Positions 1 through 9,971 are shown, numbered from the stretch's first letter. The stretch: DNA of 64,000 nucleotides from Gemmatimonadota bacterium (GCA_028873815.1 JAPPNN010000004.1:80829-144828), one strand, 5' to 3'. Notes: generated by a model not told the origin, from the letters alone. Made by a program: numbers and translations.

Positions 1-95
1 GCGAGGATGCGCCGGGAGATGCGCGGGCCCCATCGGGCAGGCGCACCGGATTTGATCGAGGCCGTTCGTTCACGAGACATGGCCCGTGTAGGATA

Positions 96-115
96 ACCGA
101 ATATATACCGAATAT
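96..115. promoter_or_regulatory. 11-bp-phased direct repeat ACCGAATAT-AT-ACCGAATAT (candidate operator)
   Basis: AT-rich island in GC-rich DNA. Perfect 9-bp direct repeat. Lies 16 nt upstream, in minus-strand sense, of an ATG at position 80 whose ORF runs off the left edge. A related repeat lies upstream of imuA at 1537-1558. Confidence 0.4.
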
Positions 116-236
116 CAATCTGGCACGCGTCGGCTTCGGCGGCAGGTCCTTCACGAACCACCCTGACGTAACGTCAGGGTTAGCGGTAAAGTAAATCCTT
201 GTTCGTGACAGCGTTGAATCTGAAAGCACCTGGACC

Positions 237-803
237 ATGACCACACACGGAACCTCAGACACGGCCTGGTTGGCTCTCCTCCGCGGCATCAATGTCGGCG
301 GCAGGAACGTGATCCGGATGGCCGAGTTGCGGGAGTGCTTCGAGTCGGAAGGCTTCCGCGATGTCGTGACATACATCCAGAGCGGGAACGTGATCTTTCG
401 TTCGGCTTCCTCCGGGCCCGGCGCGCTGACGGCCCGGATCGAGCGGATGCTGGCGGCGGCGTTCGACTACAGGGCGAAGGTCACGTTGCGGTCCCGCAAG
501 CAGATGCGGGCGGTGGTCGCAGGAGCGCCGGAGGGGTTTGGTGTCCAGTCGGATGTCCAACGCTACGATGTCCTTTTCCTGATACCTCCCCTGACGGCGG
601 CCGACGCCATGGAGCATGTCAGTACCAGGCCGGGTGTCGACGAAGCCTGGGCGGGCGAAGGTGTGCTCTACTTCTCGCGACTCATTGCCAAGGCATCCCG
701 CAGCCACCTCAGCCGTATCGCCTCGATGCCCGTGTACCAGAGCATGACGATCCGCAACTGGAACTCGACAACCCGGCTGCTGCGGCTCATGGAGGGGGAC
801 TAG
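237..803 (+). CDS. DUF1697 family protein
   Basis: 188-aa ORF. The opening ALLRGINVGGRNVIRMAELR...YIQSGNVIF is the typical DUF1697 signature. GC3-rich frame. The 3' end overlaps the convergent imuA-like gene by 4 nt. Confidence 0.8.
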   Translation: MTTHGTSDTAWLALLRGINVGGRNVIRMAELRECFESEGFRDVVTYIQSGNVIFRSASSGPGALTARIERMLAAAFDYRAKVTLRSRKQMRAVVAGAPEGFGVQSDVQRYDVLFLIPPLTAADAMEHVSTRPGVDEAWAGEGVLYFSRLIAKASRSHLSRIASMPVYQSMTIRNWNSTTRLLRLMEGD

Positions 804-1522
804 CAGCCTGGACTGCCGAGACTGAGGGCCCACTCCGCCGGGCGGCCGCCGCGGCAGTGCAGAAGCGCGACGCGCCAGTCCGTACCGCCTGGGGCGGCCG
901 TGACCCGCCAGCGGCTGACGGCGGCCCGCACCCCCGCCCCGCCCCGCCGCAGCTCGTCCCCGTGTCCGCGGTGGTGCGGGAGGGCAGCCCCGCTGCCACG
1001 CGACAGTACCAGTCCCAGCACTCCCGTTCCCTCGGCAGCCAGCATCAGGCGGCGCCCCGCTGCCAGGCCGGTCCCCCCGGTCTCGGCCACCACCCCCCGC
1101 ACGGCCCGGCAGCGAAGCGCTTCCTCCATGGCCCACAGCATGTCGTCCTGGCGGCGCAGCCCCGACACGACCAGCAGCTGTCCCGCGCCGATCCCGTAGC
1201 GGACCAGCCCGGGCGCGTACAGGTCGTCGCCCTGGGCGAGCCAGAGGAGCGCGCCGCGCCGGTTGCCCCATACACGCGCCAGCAAGGCCGCGCAGAACCC
1301 GGTGGCGGATTCATCCCCCGCCACCTCGTGGATACAACCCAGGCGCAGCCCGCCACCCGGAAGGGCGCGATCGATCTCGGGGACACCCAGCGGCAAACGC
1401 GGCTGCTCCGGTGATCCGGCCTCTTCGATTCCGCGGATCGTCCGGCGGAGCGCTTCGGCGGCGTCCCGCCGGCGATGGCCCGGTGGCGCTTCCGCGCGCT
1501 TCGTCTTCGGCACTGTGAGCAT
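800..1522 (-). CDS. imuA: ImuA-like translesion-synthesis accessory protein (RecA/SulA-fold)
   Basis: LPLGVPEIDRALPGGGLRLGCIHEV...LLWLA...APGL...LLVV...DDMLWAMEEALRCRAV..VVAE...RRLMLAAEGTG matches the ImuA sequence pattern. I place the start at the internal ATG (MLTVPKTKR, 1522) because the upstream 18 codons cover an AT-rich repeat element. Confidence 0.6.
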   Translation of the reverse strand: MLTVPKTKRAEAPPGHRRRDAAEALRRTIRGIEEAGSPEQPRLPLGVPEIDRALPGGGLRLGCIHEVAGDESATGFCAALLARVWGNRRGALLWLAQGDDLYAPGLVRYGIGAGQLLVVSGLRRQDDMLWAMEEALRCRAVRGVVAETGGTGLAAGRRLMLAAEGTGVLGLVLSRGSGAALPHHRGHGDELRRGGAGVRAAVSRWRVTAAPGGTDWRVALLHCRGGRPAEWALSLGSPGC

Positions 1523-1536
1523 GGGATGAACAAGAT

Positions 1537-1558
1537 ACCGAATAAAAACCGTAATAGC
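1537..1558. promoter_or_regulatory. 11-bp-phased direct repeat ACCGAATAAAA/ACCGTAATAGC (candidate operator upstream of imuA)
   Basis: Same ACCGAATA core and same 11-bp phasing as 96-115. Lies 15 nt upstream of the imuA-like ATG in minus-strand sense. Confidence 0.4.
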
Positions 1559-1697
1559 AAATCCAACCGGGTTCACCCCATGTTAGGGCGGCTGGGAGCC
1601 CATGGACAAAATCCCCACGGCATTCGAGCGGCGATGCATCCACGGACTCCTTGAGGATCACCCTGAGCCACATGCATTCCCCTCAATCGGAGGCCCA

Positions 1698-2120
1698 ATG
1701 TTGACCAGAGTTCTGCTGGGTGCGGCCCTGACGTTCACATCGGGCTGCTCGCTGGCCTTCGTGGACGGACCGCCGGACTTCATCCCCGCCAACGAGCCGG
1801 TACCCCCTGAATCGTGCACCATCGAGAGGGCGCTTCCCTTCCTGGACGCCGTCGGCGCCGGAGCCTTTCTCGTCACGGCGCTCACCAGTTCCGACGGGGA
1901 CAAGGTGAGATTCGCCGCGGTCGGCAGCGGTGCGCTCGGCTTCTCGTCCTATACGGGCTTTCGCAGAGTGAAGCAGTGCAGGGAACGCATGTTCCAGATG
2001 CTGGAAACGCCTTCTCCCGATACCCTGTTCCCGAGAGCGCTGATCGAGATCGCCGACCCGCTTCTGAGTTCGCCACGGCTGTTTCGCGTCAACGACGGAT
2101 CGCCGGACCGGTCCCGGTAG
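1698..2120 (+). CDS. hypothetical lipoprotein
   Basis: Internal ATG preceded by GGAGG. MLTRVLLGAALTFTSGC has a signal peptide plus lipobox. No recognisable domain. Confidence 0.5.
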   Translation: MLTRVLLGAALTFTSGCSLAFVDGPPDFIPANEPVPPESCTIERALPFLDAVGAGAFLVTALTSSDGDKVRFAAVGSGALGFSSYTGFRRVKQCRERMFQMLETPSPDTLFPRALIEIADPLLSSPRLFRVNDGSPDRSR

Positions 2121-2133
2121 ACGTCGGCCACCC

Positions 2134-3552
2134 ATGGGGAAGCCCGCCGTGAAGGAGAGCCCCTCGGCGCCCGGCCGCCGCACCGTCATCGCTTCTCTAC
2201 ACGACGAACTGCGCGACCGCTTCGGCGACCGCTACTCCACCGCCGCCGCCGTCCGCGACCATCATGGCAAGGACGACTCGCACCACCCCACCATTCCGCC
2301 CGACGGCGTGGTCTTCGCGGAGTCGACCGAGGAGGTGGCGTTCACGGTGCGGGCGTGTGCGCGGCATGGTACGCCGGTGATTCCCTTCGGGGCCGGCACC
2401 TCGATCGAGGGGCACGTGCAGGCGGTGCGCGGCGGGATCTCGATCGACATGAGCGGCATGAACCGGGTGCTGGCGGTCCGGCCGGACGACCTGGACGCGA
2501 CGGTCGAGGCCGGAGTGACGCGGCTGCAGCTCGACCGGGAACTGCGCGGCACGGGCATCTTCTTCCCGGTCGATCCGGGTGCCGACGCGACGCTGGGCGG
2601 CATGGCGGCCACGGGCGCGTCGGGGACGACCACCGTGCGGTACGGCACGATGCGCGACAACGTGCTCTCGCTCACCGCCGTGCTGGCGAGCGGCGAGGTG
2701 GTGAGGACGGGGGGGCGCGCGCGGAAGTCGTCGGCCGGGTACGATCTCACCAACCTGCTGGTCGGGTCGGAAGGGACGCTGGCGGTGATCACCGAGCTTA
2801 CGTTGCGACTGCATCCGGTCCCCGAGGCGATGGCCGCCGCCGTGTGTTCCTTCCCGGGACTGGATGGAGCCGTACGTACGGTTGTCGAAGCCATACATAT
2901 GGGCATCCCCCTCGCACGCGCGGAATTGCTCGATGCGACGGCGATGCACGCGGTCAACCTCTACTCGGGATTCGATTATCCGGAGGTGCCCACCGTCTTC
3001 TTCGAGTTCCACGGATCGGAAGCGGATGTCGAGGCCCAGGGCGCCATGATGCAGGAGATCAGCCGCGAACTGGGCGGGACCGCCTTCGAATACGCCCGCC
3101 AGCAGAACGAGCGGGCCCGGCTGTGGAAGGCTCGCCACGACGCCTACCCCGCGCTGCTGGGGCTCAGGCCCGGCTGTCACGGCCTGACGACCGATGTCTG
3201 CGTGCCCGTCTCACGTCTGGCCCGTTGCATTGCCGAGAGCGAGGAGGACCTGAAGACGGCTTCGATGCCGTGGGGCGTGGTGGGTCACGTTGGCGACGGC
3301 AACTTCCACGCGGTCTTCATCATCGACCCGGATTCGGCGGCGGAGCTGGCCGAGGCCGAAGCGATCAACGAGCGCATCGTGCGGCGGGCGATCGCCATGG
3401 AGGGCACCTGCACCGGAGAACACGGAATCGGGCTGGGGAAGATCGGCTACCTGGAGTCCGAATTCGGGGCGTCGGGGGTGGCGGCGATGCGGGCGGTGAA
3501 GGCGGCGCTCGACCCGCAGGGGATCATGAATCCGGGGAAGGTCGTGACCTGA
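2134..3552 (+). CDS. FAD-linked oxidase (D-lactate dehydrogenase / GlcD family)
   Basis: 472 aa. PCMH-type FAD-binding N-terminus (VIPFGAGTSIEGH) and a C-terminal FAD-oxidase domain ending GEHGIGLGK...LDPQGIMNPGK. Confidence 0.85.
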   Translation: MGKPAVKESPSAPGRRTVIASLHDELRDRFGDRYSTAAAVRDHHGKDDSHHPTIPPDGVVFAESTEEVAFTVRACARHGTPVIPFGAGTSIEGHVQAVRGGISIDMSGMNRVLAVRPDDLDATVEAGVTRLQLDRELRGTGIFFPVDPGADATLGGMAATGASGTTTVRYGTMRDNVLSLTAVLASGEVVRTGGRARKSSAGYDLTNLLVGSEGTLAVITELTLRLHPVPEAMAAAVCSFPGLDGAVRTVVEAIHMGIPLARAELLDATAMHAVNLYSGFDYPEVPTVFFEFHGSEADVEAQGAMMQEISRELGGTAFEYARQQNERARLWKARHDAYPALLGLRPGCHGLTTDVCVPVSRLARCIAESEEDLKTASMPWGVVGHVGDGNFHAVFIIDPDSAAELAEAEAINERIVRRAIAMEGTCTGEHGIGLGKIGYLESEFGASGVAAMRAVKAALDPQGIMNPGKVVT

Positions 3553-4915
3553 TCCGGGGCAACAGCGCGCAGACGGAGATCAGGATCAGAGCGGCCGCGG
3601 CCGGCAATCCGGCTTGCGGCGCGTCGCCGGCGGGAACAGCCGGCTCGAAGCTGGGCACCCGATCCCAGTCCACCTGAGCCATCGGGGCGGCCGAGAACAG
3701 GAACGGCTGGAAATGGGCCTTGAGACGTTCGTGGTAGCTCCGGACCGCTTCCTGGTAGGCGAGTTGCGTGCCCAGGTCGGCGGAGGAAAGCCGGTCGAGC
3801 GCGATCTGGGTCGCAAGCGGCGGCACCAGAAGGGACCACCGGCGGGCCCATTCATCCCGCCGTGTCAGGATGTCGCGGTAGGCGTGCGAGGCGTCCCGGG
3901 CTGCCTGGTCGCCCCGGTGATTCATCGCATAGTACCAGGCCCACGTAAACTCGTCTTCCGGGACGATCCAGTCGCTCCATTTCGGATAGTCCTCGAAGAA
4001 GGATTCCATCGTTCCGGCCCGTGGAAGATCCCATGCTTCGTGATACCCCTGGCGCTGGCGCACGGTCAGTTCCAGGGCTTCGGGCACGGGGTGGAGGAGC
4101 GCATTCGTCAGGCTCAGGACCGCCGGAGCCAGGAAGGTGAGCGCTACCCAGACACCGACGAGGATCATGGCATTGGCGGTTGAGGAGCGGTGCCCGCCGG
4201 CGACGCCCAGGCAGAGCGCAAACCAGAAAAGGGTGTGCAGGGCAATCAGCGCGATTGCCCAGCCCGCACGGCCGTCGGCATCGATTCCCGTCGAGAATGC
4301 CCCAATCAGGGCCGGCGACGTGACCAGGCCCGTTGCAAGGACCACACGCGCGGCGATCTTTGCGGCAATCAGCCGCCGGGGTCGGGCGAAGAGCCGGGCC
4401 ATCCGCCAGGTCCCGCGCTCACGCTCGCCCGAAACGATGTCGTAGGTGACGGCAATGACGAAGAGCGGAAGCAGGGCGATGAGGACAAAGGCCAGGTCGA
4501 GGTGCCCCGCGGCCGCGAGGCGAGGATTCAATGTCTCGTGTTCATAGAGTTGGCCCTCGAGCGCCAGCAGCCGTATCCGCAGGCTGGCCGTCTCTACCGC
4601 CATTCTGCCGCTCGCCAGTGCCGACAGTCGGGACGGTGGCTGGGGTGCCGGGAATGCCAGGTAATACAGCGGCTCGCCCGCTTCCGTAGTCGGTGGATAG
4701 ATGGACGACAGATACGCAAGCTGATCCCGGTAGGCGGTTTCGGCCGCTGACGTGGCGGCCTCGGCGGCCTGGATTCTCCGGTTTCCTTGCCAGCTCGCAT
4801 ACACGCCCAGTCCCAGCAGGAGAAGCACCGCCGCCGCGACGCCGCCGGAGCGGATTACCCGGGCGAATTCAAGCCGGATCAGGCGTATCCACGCCACCGT
4901 GCTTTCGGACCGCAC
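3524..4915 (-). CDS. ABC-2 / DUF3526-type transporter permease (paralogue D)
   Basis: Multi-TM protein with the ABC-2 hallmark VSGERERGTW. Paralogous to the three upstream genes. Start is uncertain (GTG at 4915 or 4897); the ATG at 5098 would overlap the preceding gene by 170 nt. Confidence 0.7.
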   Translation of the reverse strand: MRSESTVAWIRLIRLEFARVIRSGGVAAAVLLLLGLGVYASWQGNRRIQAAEAATSAAETAYRDQLAYLSSIYPPTTEAGEPLYYLAFPAPQPPSRLSALASGRMAVETASLRIRLLALEGQLYEHETLNPRLAAAGHLDLAFVLIALLPLFVIAVTYDIVSGERERGTWRMARLFARPRRLIAAKIAARVVLATGLVTSPALIGAFSTGIDADGRAGWAIALIALHTLFWFALCLGVAGGHRSSTANAMILVGVWVALTFLAPAVLSLTNALLHPVPEALELTVRQRQGYHEAWDLPRAGTMESFFEDYPKWSDWIVPEDEFTWAWYYAMNHRGDQAARDASHAYRDILTRRDEWARRWSLLVPPLATQIALDRLSSADLGTQLAYQEAVRSYHERLKAHFQPFLFSAAPMAQVDWDRVPSFEPAVPAGDAPQAGLPAAAALILISVCALLPRIRSRPSPDS

Positions 4916-4926
4916 CCTGCTGGCCC

Positions 4927-6375
4927 TCACAATCCGGAGCCGTCCACACCCAAGCGCGGAAGCCGCTTTCGTCCCAGCCCGAGGCCCACAAGGGGAACGG
5001 CGATCCACAGCCCCAGTGCGGCCAGCGACTGGGGACGATCGGTCAGAGCCCGGCCGAGCGTCGGCGGATTTGGCCGGAATACGGGGAACCGTGTCCATTC
5101 CTGCCGTGCAATGCGCTGGGCGCGGTCGTTCTCGTACTTGATCTCGTGGACGTGGAGGTCGTTGAGGCGCTGGATGATGTCATAGCGGTGGGCCTCGGCC
5201 TGCGCGCGGAAGGCCTCTACAGCTTCCGGCCCGGTCCCCGCCGCAGCCATCGACAGGTCCCGGGCCGCCAGGTAGGGAGAGAGCAGCCCGAGCCACGCGA
5301 TTATCCCGTCCTGTCGGCGATGAGCGGCGAGCAGTGCCTGCTGGTGCTCCTCCTGGATCCGGCTGGTGATCTCCTCTCCCTCGCGGCTGACGACCCCTCC
5401 CCAGTTGATCGGCAACTCCTCCACGGATGCCACCTCGTAGCGCGCCAGGTACTCGTCGCGCAGCGCGCTGAAGAAGGGATCGTCCGGGTTGTGGCTGTCC
5501 CCCACTCCCCTCTGCGCTTCCTCGACCTGGGCGGTGAACTGCGCACGCGACGGGATGGGATGAAGTGTGGCCGCGAGGGAGGCACCGAGGCGCGGAGCGG
5601 CAACGCACAGCGCGACCCATATTGCAACGAGCTGGGCCAGAGCGGCTCGGGAAGAGCTTCTGCGTGACGAAACCCAGACGGTCAGCAGCACCCATCCTGC
5701 GAGATACGCCGCATAGCCGGCCGCGAGCGCCAGCAACCGTGTGGCCGAGGTTGGGGCCTCACCTCCGACAGCGGCGAATGCGGCCGTGACCAAGCCGATC
5801 GGAAGGGCTGCCGCCAAGGCAACTGCCCCGACGCTCAGCACCTTCCCTCCCATGATCTGCCCCGGCGTCGCCCCCTGGGCCAGGAGCAGCCGAAGCGTCC
5901 CCCGTTCCCTCTCACCGCCCACCGATGCGAAACCCGCGGCCACCACGAACAACGGCAAGAGCATCCCCAGCACGGTGGCGGGCGTGAGACGCCCGAAACG
6001 CAGCATGCCGGTCGAATGGCGCGCGTCGCTGAAGCTGGCGGCGTTCTGTCGGTGCCCCTCCAGGAAGAGCGACGTCCCCGCGTAGGCACCGACTCCCGGA
6101 TCGAAGAACGCCAGTGGTGCCTCCTCCCGGAAGACGAGGAAGCCGTAGTGGATCACGCGGTGCGGATGACGTTCCGGCTGCTCAGCCCACTGGCGTTCGA
6201 CCAGCGTCTGGTAGCGTGCACGCTGTTCCGCCTCGCTCGCGGCGTGATGCCGGGCTCCGAGGACGGAGACGACCCCCATGGAGACGACGAGCGCCAGCAG
6301 GAACACGACGTAGCGATCCTCGCGCATAGCACCGATCTGCCGCCGTGCAACGAGCAGCGTGTTGCGGAGACCCAC
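4927..6375 (-). CDS. ABC-2 / DUF3526-type transporter permease (paralogue C)
   Basis: GGERERGTLRLLLAQG motif. The N-terminus VGLRNTLLVARRQIGAM... aligns with the N-termini of paralogues A and B. GTG start lies 1 nt after the upstream stop. Confidence 0.7.
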   Translation of the reverse strand: MGLRNTLLVARRQIGAMREDRYVVFLLALVVSMGVVSVLGARHHAASEAEQRARYQTLVERQWAEQPERHPHRVIHYGFLVFREEAPLAFFDPGVGAYAGTSLFLEGHRQNAASFSDARHSTGMLRFGRLTPATVLGMLLPLFVVAAGFASVGGERERGTLRLLLAQGATPGQIMGGKVLSVGAVALAAALPIGLVTAAFAAVGGEAPTSATRLLALAAGYAAYLAGWVLLTVWVSSRRSSSRAALAQLVAIWVALCVAAPRLGASLAATLHPIPSRAQFTAQVEEAQRGVGDSHNPDDPFFSALRDEYLARYEVASVEELPINWGGVVSREGEEITSRIQEEHQQALLAAHRRQDGIIAWLGLLSPYLAARDLSMAAAGTGPEAVEAFRAQAEAHRYDIIQRLNDLHVHEIKYENDRAQRIARQEWTRFPVFRPNPPTLGRALTDRPQSLAALGLWIAVPLVGLGLGRKRLPRLGVDGSGL

Positions 6376-6376
6376 C

Positions 6377-7807
6377 CTAGCCCGCTCCCCGCACCCGCCT
6401 GAGCCCCACTCCGGCACCGATGCCCACCAGCAGCACAAGCCCGCCCAGAACCGTCAGCGGAACTGCCGCCCGGCGTGCGGCCTCGCCGGGGCGTTCGTCC
6501 GCAAGGCGAAACCTCGGCACGTTGGGAAGCACGCTGGCGCTCATCTGCTCGTCCGCGAGGACTGCGGGCACGAAGAACTCCCGCCATTCCTCCGCAAATG
6601 CCCGTACCTGTGACTGGAAGTGGACGAAGCGCGCGTCCCCCGTCCCGGCAGCGTCAATGAGCACGTCCTGGGCCAGGAGCGCTGGCGACAGGAAGCGGTA
6701 GCGGCGCACCAGGATGATCTGATGGGCGCGCTGGGCATCGTGTTCCGACGTCACTTGCTCCAAACGGCGGTTCACGGCGTCCGTGGCGGCCCAGGCGAGG
6801 GCCCCCAGACCCGGCTCGTCCGCCACCACCCCCTCGGCCATCTCGGGATGGTCCTCCAGGTATCGGGCGAGCAGTTCGCTACGGCGGTTCACGGCGTCGT
6901 TCGAAGCGTCGCGCTGGGCAGTGATCATCTCGATGCGAGACGGCAGCGGATGGAGCACGCCCGCCGCGATGTTGATCGCCGCCGGGAGCACTACCACGAG
7001 CACCAGCCACGCACCCACCAGCACCGTGGCGTTCCAGGCCGAGGACCTCCGCAGGGTGTTGACCCATGCCGCGAGCGCGAACCAGAAGAGCGAGTAGGTG
7101 ACGACGGTGGCACACCACAGAAGAACCCGCCCGGGTGAATCGAGGCCTCCCGTGACCAGAATGCCCAGCAACGACATCGCAAGCACCATCCCCACAACCA
7201 GAAGCGCCCGGAATGCTAGCTTCGCCGTCACGACGCTTCGGGCCGACACGGGCTGCGAAAGCGTCAGCGCCAGCGTTCCCTGCTCGCGTTCCTCCGAGAG
7301 GACGTTGAAGCTCAGGGCCAGAACGAGCAGGGGCAGCAGGTACACCACCACGAAGGCCAGGTCAAAGCGCCCGACCATCAGGTTGAGGGGGTTTTCGACC
7401 TCGCCGTTCTGTTGAAACGACGACTCGTTGGTGTAGATGTTGACGTCGTAGTAGTACGGCAGCAGGTCGCTTTGCCCGACCGCCAGGGCCGTCAGGGAAC
7501 CCGGCTCCAGCACCGCGGTGTGGCTGCCGCCGGGCCCGCCCAGGACCAGCGGTGAGCGCGGGTCAGCAAAGGGCGAGGACGGTTGTCCGCCGTTTGCGAT
7601 GGCGTCGAGTTCCTGCTGTAAGGCGCTGGTGCGCTCGACGTTGCCGCTCTCCACGGCCTCCACGGTGCGCTCCTGAAACCGTAGCCAGACCACGCCGTTT
7701 GCCAGCGCGTAGACGAGGAGGACGGCGAAGAGCCCAAGCACGATCCGAAGCGCCTGATCAGCCATGAGCAGACGCCACTCGTTCCGCAGGACGGTCCGTA
7801 CGGTCAT
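6377..7807 (-). CDS. ABC-2 / DUF3526-type transporter permease (paralogue B)
   Basis: 476 aa. LSEEREQGTLALTLSQP motif and multiple TM segments. ATG lies 1 nt after the upstream stop. Confidence 0.75.
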   Translation of the reverse strand: MTVRTVLRNEWRLLMADQALRIVLGLFAVLLVYALANGVVWLRFQERTVEAVESGNVERTSALQQELDAIANGGQPSSPFADPRSPLVLGGPGGSHTAVLEPGSLTALAVGQSDLLPYYYDVNIYTNESSFQQNGEVENPLNLMVGRFDLAFVVVYLLPLLVLALSFNVLSEEREQGTLALTLSQPVSARSVVTAKLAFRALLVVGMVLAMSLLGILVTGGLDSPGRVLLWCATVVTYSLFWFALAAWVNTLRRSSAWNATVLVGAWLVLVVVLPAAINIAAGVLHPLPSRIEMITAQRDASNDAVNRRSELLARYLEDHPEMAEGVVADEPGLGALAWAATDAVNRRLEQVTSEHDAQRAHQIILVRRYRFLSPALLAQDVLIDAAGTGDARFVHFQSQVRAFAEEWREFFVPAVLADEQMSASVLPNVPRFRLADERPGEAARRAAVPLTVLGGLVLLVGIGAGVGLRRVRGAG

Positions 7808-7808
7808 G

Positions 7809-9221
7809 CTACGTCACCTCCGCGCGCCGTACACGCGCCACTGCGGCCAGGATTGCTCCCGCCAGCCATGCTCCAAGAACCAGGAGTGACAGGACCCGGT
7901 TGCCCAGCACCCAGCCCAGCGGCGGGGCGGCGTACTGCAGCGGAGGCACCGCTTCCCAGAGTTCGGCCCCGGCGGTGTACGTGAAGTCGCCGGTCAGGGA
8001 GTTCTCGGTCATGTCACCGTTCATCTGCCGCATCAAATCGCGGCGGTACGTCTCGGCAGCGTTGGCGAAGTGCCGGTGCTGCTCGACATCCGTACCGGCC
8101 AGTCCCATCGAGAGCGTGCGCACCGCGAGCAGCGGTGCCGCGACCGCCAACGTCTCGTGCACGACGCCCTGGCGCTCGAACGTGTCCCACAACGCGCCGT
8201 AGTTGCGGTCGAAGATCCGATTGCCGAACTCCTCGCTCTCCTGCAGGTAGACGCCCACCGCGTTAATGGGCAGGTCCTCGACCCGTTCCACTCCGTATTC
8301 GGCAAGCAGATGCTCGGTCGAAGCAGCCCGATCCGGACGAGAGATGTCCCCTGTGCCAGTAGCCATCTCGCTTTCCACGGTACGGGCGAACTCGAAGGCG
8401 GAAGGTGTCGGGTGGAGCCATTTCGACAGGTCCACCGCCACCCGGGGCGCCACGAGCCCGTTCACCACCCACACGGCCAGCAGAACGACCAGTGCGGTGC
8501 GCGCCGAGCGGGCCCACGCGGATACGGCCAGTGACAGCGCCAGGAAAGTGGCAAAGTACGCCAGATAGACGCCGGCGAGGGCGGTGCCACGAGCCAGTGG
8601 GGACGCGGCCGGACCAGGACTCGCGACAACCAGCGCCGCCGCTCCCACCAGCGCGGCCGGCACCAGCAGCAACGCCAGCGCGCTCGAGACGCCGAGTGCC
8701 TTGCCCCCTGCGAGTTCGCGCCGACCGATCCCGGTAGCCAGCAGTTGCCGCAGCGTGCCGCGTTCCCGCTCGCCGGCGAGGGTGCCGAAGGTTAGCAGGA
8801 TGATGAGCAGGGGCACGAGGTGCTGGAGCACCTGTGCCGCCGTCAGCGCCCCAATGCGCTGGGCTGCCGTTGCATCCTGGGCCGGACGCAACATGAAGTC
8901 GTTCTGCCGGTGGGCCTCCAACCACACCGAAGTGCCCGTGTACGGGTCCACGCCCTCGTCGACAAAGGACAGCGCCAGACGCGGCTTGAACGCATAAATG
9001 CCGTAGTGCGCCGCCGAGTGGGGGTTCTTCTCACCCTGCGTCTCCCAGTGCTCGCGGGCGGTGGCCTGCGCGGCCGCGTGCTCCTGCTGCGTGTTGCGTG
9101 CCTGAACCCAACCGTGGCCCAGGGAGATCAGCAACAGCGATCCGACGAGGATCGAGCACCAGCGGAACCGGCCGTCCCGCAGCACGTCGGTAAACTCCTT
9201 GTGGACTATATGCCTGATCAT
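7809..9221 (-). CDS. ABC-2 / DUF3526-type transporter permease (paralogue A)
   Basis: 470 aa. LAGERERGTLRQLLATG motif. 9-nt gap after the ATPase gene. Confidence 0.75.
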   Translation of the reverse strand: MIRHIVHKEFTDVLRDGRFRWCSILVGSLLLISLGHGWVQARNTQQEHAAAQATAREHWETQGEKNPHSAAHYGIYAFKPRLALSFVDEGVDPYTGTSVWLEAHRQNDFMLRPAQDATAAQRIGALTAAQVLQHLVPLLIILLTFGTLAGERERGTLRQLLATGIGRRELAGGKALGVSSALALLLVPAALVGAAALVVASPGPAASPLARGTALAGVYLAYFATFLALSLAVSAWARSARTALVVLLAVWVVNGLVAPRVAVDLSKWLHPTPSAFEFARTVESEMATGTGDISRPDRAASTEHLLAEYGVERVEDLPINAVGVYLQESEEFGNRIFDRNYGALWDTFERQGVVHETLAVAAPLLAVRTLSMGLAGTDVEQHRHFANAAETYRRDLMRQMNGDMTENSLTGDFTYTAGAELWEAVPPLQYAAPPLGWVLGNRVLSLLVLGAWLAGAILAAVARVRRAEVT

Positions 9222-9230
9222 CGATTCTCC

Positions 9231-9971
9231 CTAGTCGTGCATGTGTTGCAGATAGATGCGCTCCAGGTCGGCATGGCCGATCTCGTCGGTGCTCAACTCC
9301 GTGACCAGGCGTCCGTATCGCATGATGCCCACACGGGTGCCGGTATCCTTTGCGCGAAACAGATCGTGTGTCGCCATGAGGACCGCGACGCCGCGGTTTC
9401 GGAGCCGCTCGACCAATGCCGAGAACTCGTTCGACGCCTTGGGATCAAGACCGGATGTCGGTTCGTCGAGCAACAGTGCGTCGGCCTCCTTGGCGATTGC
9501 AATCGCGATACCGACCTTCTGGCGCATGCCCTTGGAGTATTCGGACACGCGTCGGTCGACCGCGTCGCGCTCCAGCCCGGCTTCGACCAGGATTTCGGTG
9601 AGTCGTTCCCGGCCGAGCGACCCCTTGCCACCCAATGCGGCGAAGTACTCCAGGTTTTCCAGTCCGCTGAGGTTGCGGTACAGCATCACCTGTTCGGGGA
9701 TGTAGGCGAGCCGCTGCTTCGTCTCGCGGTCGTGGGTGGCTACGTCCAGACCGGAAACGAGGGCCTGGCCACCCGAGGGCGCCACGAATCCGAGGAAGAG
9801 GTTGATGGTGGTCGTCTTACCCGCGCCGTTGGGGCCGAGGAGGCAATAGACCTCTCCCGGCGCTATGGTCAGGTCGAGGGAGTCAAGGGCCCTCGTGTCA
9901 CCGTAGTCCTTGCTGAGTCTGCGGGCCTCTAGAAGGGGCGTGTGCCCGGGCCGCGATTCGGCGGTCTGCAT
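9231..9971 (-). CDS. ABC transporter ATP-binding protein
   Basis: Walker A GPNGAGKTT, signature-like YSKGMRQK and Walker B LLLDEPTSGLD. Start taken at MQTAESRP (9971). Confidence 0.9.
   Translation of the reverse strand: MQTAESRPGHTPLLEARRLSKDYGDTRALDSLDLTIAPGEVYCLLGPNGAGKTTTINLFLGFVAPSGGQALVSGLDVATHDRETKQRLAYIPEQVMLYRNLSGLENLEYFAALGGKGSLGRERLTEILVEAGLERDAVDRRVSEYSKGMRQKVGIAIAIAKEADALLLDEPTSGLDPKASNEFSALVERLRNRGVAVLMATHDLFRAKDTGTRVGIMRYGRLVTELSTDEIGHADLERIYLQHMHD

Noticed and set aside
1-80. Possible start of a leftward CDS (ATG at 80, MSRERTASIKSGAPARWGPRISRRIL...).
   Set aside because: Only 26 codons are visible and no motif is recognisable, so it is not reported as a feature. It is mentioned only because the repeat at 96-115 sits in the same position relative to it as the imuA repeat does to imuA.
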